DNA of 64,000 nt from a virus, in the IMG/VR virus record IMGVR_UViG_3300017728_000002, positions 21,482-85,481 of that record, one strand, 5' to 3'. Made by a program: the position numbers and the translations under genes. Of the stretch, positions 56,390-64,000 are shown in pieces. The notes beneath the pieces were generated by a model, which saw only the letters and a list, made by a program, of their open reading frames with translations, had not been told where the DNA came from and did not search any database. Numbering within the stretch: the first letter of the stretch is position 1; each line of letters starts with the position of its first letter.

Positions 56390-57630
56390 CTGAATAGATC
56401 GATTGTAGCCTTGTCTGTGCCAGTACCTGTTATTTGATAAAGCAAGTCACTGACATCTTGAAGGCCGATGATGTTAACACTTGACTTCTGTCGATCTCTA
56501 AGCCACTTTTCGTCTTGAGTGTTCTTGACATACAGATTGATGATGTAGCCTGTCTTGCCTTCTTGAAAGCGTATGGCACGTCCTGTACGTTGTATGTTCT
56601 GTCGTTGACTAGCAGTTCCACTGCAGATCAATGCTACTTCTACTCCGGGAACATCAAAGCCTTCGTCTAACGCTTTGGCTGTGTTGATTACCCGTATATC
56701 TGATTTGTCGTCTTGAAAGTCTTGTAAAGCTTGTGCTCGTTTGTATTTGGCCATCTTACTGTTGTAGCTAGTAGACCAAGGAGCGGTCACTTTAGTTAAG
56801 TTTTCTGCAAAGTCAATACTCTCACTAAAAGTAATTGTCTTCATGTCTAAGGATTGAATAATCCGTGAGGCTGACTCAATCTTAGAGGGGTAAGTATACA
56901 GAAACTTCTTTCGCATAGCAAGGTTCTTATTGAAGTTTAGAGCCCAAATGTGAACTTGTTTCTCTGTTACATGAAATCGAGAAGCAACGCTTCTACGCGC
57001 AGCGTCACTCTTTAAACAATGCATAGCGTGCTTAAAATCATGTCCAAACTTGGCGAAGTAGTGATTGAAATCATCACTGAATTGTTTGTACTGCGCTCTC
57101 TCTTGATCAGACATGTATAACGGCACGTTGTAGGTTTTGAAATCAGACACATATCCGTCTTTCAAGGCTTCAGTAAGAGAAACCTTGTCAATGACGGGAG
57201 CATGTTGCCGAATCAAATAGTCTTGACCATCCTTGCGGTCAAGGGTAGCGGTGAGTCCTAAGACCCACTGATAAGTAATCACTGAAAACACCTTGCTAAA
57301 CACAGCACTTGCGTAGTTGTGGATCTCATCTAAAATGAGAAGGTCACACGTATGCTTGCGTTTGACACCAGAATTAACCACCATCACTTTGACTCCTGAG
57401 AGCATGTGTTGGGTGACTTGTTCTTCCCACTGGGTCTTAAGGTGTTTGGTAGGAACTACGACAAGCGTAGTCTTTTCAGGATACTGTTCGTTTGTTTTTT
57501 GAATAGCAATGACTGCAGTGTACGTTTTACCAAAACCTGTACAGGCTTCTAGCGTACCTCTGCAGCCATTGCTTACCCACTTGCGCAAGATGCTTTTCTG
57601 TCTTGCAAGTTTTTTGCTGTTTACGTCCAT
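56386..57630 (-). CDS. Superfamily 2 DExH helicase (XPB/type III Res-like)
   Basis: ACTGFGKT, LVVVPT, LILDEIH, LGLTAT, LDEGFDVP, QRTGRAIR. Confidence 0.92.
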   Translation of the reverse strand: MDVNSKKLARQKSILRKWVSNGCRGTLEACTGFGKTYTAVIAIQKTNEQYPEKTTLVVVPTKHLKTQWEEQVTQHMLSGVKVMVVNSGVKRKHTCDLLILDEIHNYASAVFSKVFSVITYQWVLGLTATLDRKDGQDYLIRQHAPVIDKVSLTEALKDGYVSDFKTYNVPLYMSDQERAQYKQFSDDFNHYFAKFGHDFKHAMHCLKSDAARRSVASRFHVTEKQVHIWALNFNKNLAMRKKFLYTYPSKIESASRIIQSLDMKTITFSESIDFAENLTKVTAPWSTSYNSKMAKYKRAQALQDFQDDKSDIRVINTAKALDEGFDVPGVEVALICSGTASQRQNIQRTGRAIRFQEGKTGYIINLYVKNTQDEKWLRDRQKSSVNIIGLQDVSDLLYQITGTGTDKATIDLFR

Positions 57631-57698
57631 TACTGTTTTATCACATCATAGTCTTCTTTTGACGATAAAGTCCGGCGTATGCCAGATCGGGTGTTTAA

Positions 57699-60600
57699 TT
57701 ATTGCGACACAAATGTTGTCGGGAAAAAGGATGGAGCGGGTACAACCTTAAACGCATCGGGAATGCTGCTTTGTCCGGGGTTGTATCGTCCTGTACTATT
57801 GGCGGGTGCAGTTGCTGTATTAAGCCACTGCGTATCAATCTTCTGATTGCTGTCCATAAAGGGCAACGTGATGTTCTTAAAGTCTCCAGTACTGAACCTG
57901 GTATCTGTACGCATAGCACCGGGAGTGCGGAAGCTGATAAACTCTTGGTGATTCAAGCAGTTTGCCCAGTTTGCAATGGCTTCATCAAAGTAGGGAGCAT
58001 CACCATCAATGTCGAAGTACTCGTGGAACAAGCGACTGGGTTGGTACTCTTCCTTCTGCGCATCGTACTTGGGCAAAACGTTGGTTACTGTATGCAAAGC
58101 ATCTGTTCCAGCTCTATAGTATGCTGCAGGGTTGGCTACAGGTTTTGCCTGATCGTCTCCCAAAGAAGTCCAATGCAAGAAGCACCCTTCTAGAATTTCA
58201 AGGTCAGTGGATGTCCAATATCCATCCATGTCCATGTCATAGACCAGAGGTCCGTAGGATTGCTCAGGCAGGCTGAACAGATTAGACTGGGTAAAGAAGG
58301 TGTTTGCAGCAAACGTAATGGCATCTTGAGTGCTTGTGAAAGCAGCATCACTGCTGTTGATCATAGCAATAGCACGTTGTCCTGTATGAGCAGCAAAAAA
58401 TGGAGTGATGATGTGCGTCATCCAGTCTGCATACGTTCCTATTTGACACGGCATAAACTCTCGACCTACTGTGAGTGTGTTTGACACATTCGCATCTAGG
58501 TTGTACTGAGGTCCAAAAGAGTTGTCAAAGTGGTGACGGCTGTCAGCAGAAGCAGCCAAACCAAACTTGGGAGAAACGCTGTGAAGCTTAAACCTGAAGT
58601 ACTCACGCAAAGTCATCTGGTCTACACCTGTAATGACACCTTGATGCAGTTGTGAATCAAAAGTTCCATTAAAATAGCCCCAATCACTTCGGGCTACATC
58701 TGCAGGGGTAGAAGTCTCTGAGTAGATGTCAAAATAGTCCCGGATGCCTCCGATGTACTTCCTTCGAATGCTTTGTTGAGTTGTAGCCGATCCTCGACTT
58801 GTGTACCCAGACGAACTCTTTTGGCTTGTGATGTATGCCAAAGAGATGTTTTTGCGAGGAAATACAGTGCTGGGGTTGGCTACACCGGATAGATACCTTG
58901 TTGTGGCTTGATCCCATAGGGGGTCAGCGTAAACGCCATCTTTAAAGTGATGCAGGTTATGAATAGCTGGACCGGCACCAAATGCATCAATTAGACCTAC
59001 GGTTACATTGGCGTTGTCTGTAGCATGCAAACTCAATACTGGAGCATTGATGTTGCTGTAAGCGCCGTAATAACACTGGCCTAGGGTAGGAGATGTGTTT
59101 TCGCTTGGTCCGTTGTAGATCTCGTCTAGGTCCGTGTAGAATTGAATCCAAGGCACTTTAGGAGTAAAAGTGTTCGTGTGTTCGTAGATAACGTAAGCCA
59201 GTTCAGACCCTTCATCTAGATCCAACCGTGTTCCATTTGGAGCAACGTATCCATCTCCTGCCAAATAGGAAGCAGAGGTAACAGGTCCATAGTTACTCAA
59301 GTCTGCAATGTCAATGTAGCTCAATCCTTTAGTAGTTATGAGCATTACAGCATCGTGCGCCAAAGCTGTACGAGGCAATTGAAGCTTGTTCCTGCCTTTG
59401 GCTAGAGTGGTCATTGTAGGGTCAATGATGGTCATCTCTTGACCATAAGCAGTCAAAGTGTATTCATTAGGATCCCACTGAATACCGGCGTTGGTAAACA
59501 AGGTGAGCTTGTCTTGAAAAGCTTGTTCAATCGCGCTGACTTCATTGGGATCAATGACCATACCACCTCCGTCAATAAAGTTGCCTGGAGCAGACCAATC
59601 GCCAGAGTTTTCTCCGACGTTGTATCCGTAAGTCTGAAGGAAAATGATGAAGTCAATTACGTTGACGCATCCATCATTGTTGATGTCCCCAATTGCAAAA
59701 TTGGAACAACCATCACCTTCACAACATCCTTGGGCTTGAAGCATGTTGATTAAGTCAACAGCTCCTACAACTCCGTCACCGTTAAAGTCTCCTTGCAGGT
59801 TGGTCATGTACACCAATCCTTCCAGTGGAAAGTTAAACTCACTGTCACGCATCCAAAGGGTGTCTCCAACACCTAAGTACTTAATGGTGTTTAGGGTTCC
59901 GCTGGTGTCATAAAGCTCAATGGCAATCCTAGGAAACGGTTGATACCCTAAGTCGTCATAAAATGTGCTGCCTGTAGCTTGAATCTTTAAAGGTTCAATT
60001 ACCCAGGCTCCATTGATTGGAGGAGGAGGGAAAAAGGCATGAATGGGCTTGTGGTTGTGAGGCGCATATTCTTTGATGACATGTGCAGCTCTGAATTGAG
60101 CGCTATCAGTGTACAAAAAGGGTACTCCTGGGAATACGGACGCAGCTTCTTCTCCAACCGTGTGAGTGCCATCTAGCGCGTTGTCGTCAAACTTGTGCTC
60201 AAAGAAGACAAACGGCATCATGGTACTGTCGTTCTCATAAGCATAGGTTACTACAGAGGTAGACGTTGCGTCGTCTGTAAACAAAGTCTTTGATGCAGAT
60301 GTGCGACCACCTGTATCGATACCGTACGACTCAATGTCATTGAGCAGTAGTCCGTAGGGGCCATAGTCTCCAACAAATATTTGCCCTAGGTTTTCCATAG
60401 GAAAGTCATGGTCATAAACTCCGTGAGAGGGTAGAATCTCGACAAAGTCGCTGGAGTTGGTTGCGTTTCGAATCCAAAAAGCTCCCCCAGGCTGCACATA
60501 GCGACCTAAAGGCATGTACTTGTTGGGGTTGATGCTTCCGCTATTCAAGTAATTGTAGACAGGTCCGTCATTGGCATCAATGAATCCGTCTGCGTAGTCT

Positions 60601-63242
60601 TCAGCTATTTCTAGAGCCAAGTTGCTCAAGTTTGAAGCTTCGCTGGAATTGTACATGTCATAGAGCAGGTTCAAGACGTAGTCCATTTCTGAACTGATGA
60701 TTTCGTCTCCAAACCGGAAGTACTTGCGCCTCCAAAACTCTTTGGTGCTGGGGATGTAATCGGGGTAATTGCCGTACCACTCTGGGTATGTTGTAGTGGT
60801 GAAGTTTGCAGCAAGATCGTAGTCATATCCAGAAACGTTGTACCACGCAAATTCTAGCAGTTCTGCTTCTGGGTGGTCTTCAAAATAATTAGCTGCGACT
60901 GCATTCAAGTCTAGGTACCCCATTAAAGGGTTAGAAATCATTTCCCAGCAGCTGATTTGAGCTGAATAAACAATGTCCTCGTAATTGTCTAGGTAAGCAT
61001 CTCCAAACAAGATGTCAGCATCAGATGAAGAGCCGTATCCAACCAGTTCAGGAATCGTTGTTCCATCTACGTAGTTGTAGCATAGTGCTGTTTCGCTTTC
61101 AAAGCCTAAGTCAATGTAGTATTGAGAAGCTGTGTCTAAACACTCTCCCCAAGCATTGCCTTCAAACAAAGAGCCGTCAGGAGCATAATGGTATACAAAA
61201 GACTCACTTGTAGGTACTTTGACTAAGAGCTGTCCAGGCTCACTTTGTCCTGGGGGCAGGTTGGGGATCAAGGGTTGATCTATGAAAGGCCTGTGGTAGG
61301 GTTGTTCGTTGTACGCTTGTTCAGAGTTAATCCAAGGAGTTCCTACGTATTCAACAACGCGTTCAGTGAGGTCACCACCAGTCATAGTTTCCCAGTGCCC
61401 AAATGGGAAAGGTTGAGGAGTATCATAATCTGGTACCGACCACCTTGCTAAAGGAGCGCTCACGTTGGTTCCACCTCTAGGTTTGTCGGGATATGTCGGA
61501 GGGTAATCGTCTATGAAGGGGATGTATAGAGGATTTGTGGTTTCACTCAACAAAGGGTACGGTGTCAAAGGTGCTACGTTTACTGTATCGTAGTCAAACA
61601 ATGTGATCCAGTCTTGACTGCCTGAAGTATCGGCCAAAGACAAGTGTTGAGGGTGTTCCCAAGACCGATTTCCGCTGGCTCCACGTGTGTTAAGGTTGTC
61701 CCAGCTTAAATACGTGGAAAACGAATTAGGCCACATCCCAAAATGAGCCCAACCATTGATGATGTTTTCGCCTTGGTGATACCACCTACCATAGCTTGTA
61801 GAGTCGGTAGGATCAGCATTTGTAGTAAGATAGCTGCCCCCACCATTTAGTTCAGGCAAGAAGTAGTTAATAGAAGCTACAATCTGCAAGTCGTGTACTG
61901 GCACAACGCCGTTAAAGAAGGTTGTGTCTTGAGAATTCTGATTTACTACAAATACATCGAAATACGCTTGAAGGCTGTTGCCTACATAGTAAGCAGTATC
62001 TAAAGTCATAGAAGATGATCCTCCCCAAATTGAGTCTGTAGTAATGTCAAGTCCGCTCGCAGTAATGCCCAGTGTAGAATCTAAATAATTGTACATAGCC
62101 ATAGAAGGATATACTGAAACGATTGCACCCTGTGAAACACCCAACTCAGCTAAGCTTTCTTGCGTTTGACCTGCTAAAGCATCTTCTGAGTTATCCCCAC
62201 CCGCCATGTCATACCAAACATCAATTTTTTTTGATCCGCCTTCTACTAACATTTTATCTAACGGTTGCCAAACAGATTTAAGATGAACATCGCCTGTCAT
62301 TTTACCGCGTCGAACGCCTTTAACGGGGATTCCAGTTAAATGGTAACCTGAGATTCTGTACCGTACGGGTACTTGTACGTTGTCGTTGGCCAGGCTAGCC
62401 ATAACTACGTTTGCCATGTTCAACGTATCATCGTTGAGTTGATACTGAGTAAATGCAGTTTGCACGCTATCAGGCAAGTATGGGACTGTGAAGGCGACGA
62501 TCCAAGGCAAATAGTATTCTGACAGTTCAGATCCCCATTGGGCTCCTTCAAAATCTTCTAAAAGATCAGTCCAGTAACCTGTAAGAACCAGTCCGTTGTG
62601 AGAGTCTACAGCTCTGTTTCGGATGGTCTGATATCGCACTCTACCTACAGCAGTTCCTGTGTTTTCAAACGTGGATGGGAGGTGTGTGACATAGTCTAGC
62701 TCAAAGATGACGTTGTCGTTGTCTGTCCTAAAGTATCCGTTGTTGTGCAACTCCTCTTCAATAACCAGCGGTGCAGGCCCTTCGTGGATAAGCTCACATC
62801 CAAAAGGAACGTAAAGCCTCTTGATCCGGATGGTATCGGTATTGGAAATGGTCAAAGAATTGTAGGAATTTCCGCTTAGGTGCTTGCCTACATAAACTTC
62901 TTCGATACTTCGTGTGCCTGTTCCGGTGTGTAACAGTCTTTGAGGCGCGTTAGGTGTGCCTCCAAGACAAATCCTCAAGTTTGGATGACTCCATCCTGTA
63001 ATGTTCAGATCTGCAGGCCCTAAAGAACTTTCGTAATGCCGTGTTCCTGGAACAACAAACTCTTGCTGGCCTGTTTCATAATTCAATTGCTGAGTAGCGA
63101 ACGTAAATGAAGCAGGTGTACTAAGTACAAAAGATTCAGTAAGCGATTGAGGCAAAAAGGGAAAAGGCGGAGTAAAAGAGGTTTGACTCTGCGCAAAAAA
63201 CGAAGCAGCCATTAAAACTGCAGTGATGAAATATCGTAGCAT
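57699..63242 (-). CDS. Large secreted-type protein (1847 aa) with Sec signal peptide and dockerin-like double Ca-binding repeat
   Basis: MLRYFITAVLMAASFFAQS|Q signal; GDFNGDGVVGAVDL...GDINNDGCVNVIDF (about 59620-59792); WEMISNP and YVQPGGAFWI motifs resembling flavobacterial surface proteins. Confidence 0.75.
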   Translation of the reverse strand: MLRYFITAVLMAASFFAQSQTSFTPPFPFLPQSLTESFVLSTPASFTFATQQLNYETGQQEFVVPGTRHYESSLGPADLNITGWSHPNLRICLGGTPNAPQRLLHTGTGTRSIEEVYVGKHLSGNSYNSLTISNTDTIRIKRLYVPFGCELIHEGPAPLVIEEELHNNGYFRTDNDNVIFELDYVTHLPSTFENTGTAVGRVRYQTIRNRAVDSHNGLVLTGYWTDLLEDFEGAQWGSELSEYYLPWIVAFTVPYLPDSVQTAFTQYQLNDDTLNMANVVMASLANDNVQVPVRYRISGYHLTGIPVKGVRRGKMTGDVHLKSVWQPLDKMLVEGGSKKIDVWYDMAGGDNSEDALAGQTQESLAELGVSQGAIVSVYPSMAMYNYLDSTLGITASGLDITTDSIWGGSSSMTLDTAYYVGNSLQAYFDVFVVNQNSQDTTFFNGVVPVHDLQIVASINYFLPELNGGGSYLTTNADPTDSTSYGRWYHQGENIINGWAHFGMWPNSFSTYLSWDNLNTRGASGNRSWEHPQHLSLADTSGSQDWITLFDYDTVNVAPLTPYPLLSETTNPLYIPFIDDYPPTYPDKPRGGTNVSAPLARWSVPDYDTPQPFPFGHWETMTGGDLTERVVEYVGTPWINSEQAYNEQPYHRPFIDQPLIPNLPPGQSEPGQLLVKVPTSESFVYHYAPDGSLFEGNAWGECLDTASQYYIDLGFESETALCYNYVDGTTIPELVGYGSSSDADILFGDAYLDNYEDIVYSAQISCWEMISNPLMGYLDLNAVAANYFEDHPEAELLEFAWYNVSGYDYDLAANFTTTTYPEWYGNYPDYIPSTKEFWRRKYFRFGDEIISSEMDYVLNLLYDMYNSSEASNLSNLALEIAEDYADGFIDANDGPVYNYLNSGSINPNKYMPLGRYVQPGGAFWIRNATNSSDFVEILPSHGVYDHDFPMENLGQIFVGDYGPYGLLLNDIESYGIDTGGRTSASKTLFTDDATSTSVVTYAYENDSTMMPFVFFEHKFDDNALDGTHTVGEEAASVFPGVPFLYTDSAQFRAAHVIKEYAPHNHKPIHAFFPPPPINGAWVIEPLKIQATGSTFYDDLGYQPFPRIAIELYDTSGTLNTIKYLGVGDTLWMRDSEFNFPLEGLVYMTNLQGDFNGDGVVGAVDLINMLQAQGCCEGDGCSNFAIGDINNDGCVNVIDFIIFLQTYGYNVGENSGDWSAPGNFIDGGGMVIDPNEVSAIEQAFQDKLTLFTNAGIQWDPNEYTLTAYGQEMTIIDPTMTTLAKGRNKLQLPRTALAHDAVMLITTKGLSYIDIADLSNYGPVTSASYLAGDGYVAPNGTRLDLDEGSELAYVIYEHTNTFTPKVPWIQFYTDLDEIYNGPSENTSPTLGQCYYGAYSNINAPVLSLHATDNANVTVGLIDAFGAGPAIHNLHHFKDGVYADPLWDQATTRYLSGVANPSTVFPRKNISLAYITSQKSSSGYTSRGSATTQQSIRRKYIGGIRDYFDIYSETSTPADVARSDWGYFNGTFDSQLHQGVITGVDQMTLREYFRFKLHSVSPKFGLAASADSRHHFDNSFGPQYNLDANVSNTLTVGREFMPCQIGTYADWMTHIITPFFAAHTGQRAIAMINSSDAAFTSTQDAITFAANTFFTQSNLFSLPEQSYGPLVYDMDMDGYWTSTDLEILEGCFLHWTSLGDDQAKPVANPAAYYRAGTDALHTVTNVLPKYDAQKEEYQPSRLFHEYFDIDGDAPYFDEAIANWANCLNHQEFISFRTPGAMRTDTRFSTGDFKNITLPFMDSNQKIDTQWLNTATAPANSTGRYNPGQSSIPDAFKVVPAPSFFPTTFVSQ

Positions 63243-63247
63243 GGTGA

Positions 63248-64000
63248 TTACTCAAAAACTGGAAGAGCCGTTGTAGGGTTATTAGGGATTTCAGTAGTGC
63301 TGCATCCCAAGCAGAAAAAGTTTGTTGGAGCGCTGTATCCGGGGGGCTGAGTAGCCAGTCCTGTTTTCATGTAGATCCGCAGTCCTGTAGGTATACTAAT
63401 GGGGTCAGTCATAGCTTCAAGCTCGGCGTTGGTAGGCACCCTTGAAGGCAAGTTGATTATGCCGTTATTCAAGGGCTGTCCCCAGTGAATCCATCCAAAC
63501 TCATCAGCTACGAAGACAAACATCTTGTCTCCGTTTACTTGGTCTTGTACAAAGGCTTTCATCTGCTGGTCTGGCCATGCATAGTCAGTCCAAATGTTGT
63601 ACGGGCTATAAGTGCGGGAGACGCCGCTGAGCCTAGCCATGGTTTCTAGCCGTTGCTTTTTAGCTCCAAGCAGTTCAGTGCCTTCAATCAGAATAGGGTC
63701 TGTTCCATTCCAGCAGTCATTGAAATAACTCAGCAACTGTTGTAGATCAGAGATGCCAATGTATCCATCTGCATTAAAGTCATTTACAATAGAGTACCCA
63801 GGGTCATTTTCGCTTAACCCGTAAGAACCTAGAAACAATAGAATGTCAGCGGTTGTGACACACCCGTCTATGTTTAAGTCAGCGGCTAAAAAGCCAGAAT
63901 ACACCGTGAGAACGGCAATCTCTTCTTGGTAACCGCCTGCTTCAAACGCGTATGTAGTAGAAGTTCCACCTGCGTCAATAGAAGTAAGCGCAACGTCATA
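63248..64000 (-). CDS. Dockerin-like domain protein, C-terminal part (5'-truncated by window edge)
   Basis: Frame is open to position 64000; ADLNIDGCVTTADILLFLGSYG...DFNADGYIGISDLQQLLSYF. Confidence 0.75.
   Translation of the reverse strand, partial: YDVALTSIDAGGTSTTYAFEAGGYQEEIAVLTVYSGFLAADLNIDGCVTTADILLFLGSYGLSENDPGYSIVNDFNADGYIGISDLQQLLSYFNDCWNGTDPILIEGTELLGAKKQRLETMARLSGVSRTYSPYNIWTDYAWPDQQMKAFVQDQVNGDKMFVFVADEFGWIHWGQPLNNGIINLPSRVPTNAELEAMTDPISIPTGLRIYMKTGLATQPPGYSAPTNFFCLGCSTTEIPNNPTTALPVFE

Larger units (their letters stand above)
1..64000. mobile_element. Segment of a crAss-like (Crassvirales-type) bacteriophage genome
   Basis: Gene order portal-scaffold-MCP-ring proteins-IHF-tubular-muzzle-cargo-giant RNAP (DFDID), facing a convergent replication arm with primase, AAA ATPase, DnaB and SF2 helicase; no host housekeeping genes. 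Confidence 0.93.

Noticed and set aside
57631-57698. Possible ncRNA or tRNA in the gap between the helicase and the secreted protein
   Set aside because: Only a short TCTGGC-atac-GCCGGA stem; no cloverleaf or other support
1-64000. Stop-codon reassignment (TAG or TGA), known in some crAss-like phages
   Set aside because: Code 11 gives uninterrupted long ORFs up to 5115 aa; TGA is used in coupled stops and TAG ends the gene at 55826

Overview
The window is a contiguous, gene-dense segment of a crAss-like (Crassvirales-type) dsDNA phage read in the standard genetic code, probably infecting an aquatic Bacteroidota/Flavobacteriia host (inference). The + strand arm (1-45093) is the virion module: portal (5'-truncated), scaffold-like protein, major capsid protein, a cluster of small basic genes, ring/hub/fibre proteins, a metallophosphoesterase, a holin, an IHF-like protein, a tail tubular ring, the muzzle/stabilisation protein, three cargo proteins and a 5115-aa virion RNA polymerase polyprotein (DFDID motif). 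The - strand arm (45090-64000) is the early/replication module: Lrp/AsnC regulator, DUF3310, PD-(D/E)XK nuclease, DnaA-C-terminal HTH protein, rIIB/rIIA, NinB-like, RusA-like, primase, SSB-like, AAA ATPase, DnaB, SF2 helicase and two large dockerin-bearing secreted-type proteins. Main observations: (1) an ACTCTCTA(C) box sits just before the start codons of 9 genes on both arms, often after a hairpin, and two leaders share an identical 18-nt core plus the box in a hairpin loop, suggesting a phage-wide cis-regulatory system; (2) the virion RNAP carries embedded GrpE-like and Rho-N-like domains; (3) a free-standing 42-aa peptide mimics the ribonucleotide reductase C-terminal redox tail; (4) the phage encodes T9SS-cargo-like dockerin proteins. 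All calls come from motif recognition and synteny by eye; no searches were run. No tRNA, rRNA, CRISPR array or mobile element was recognised.
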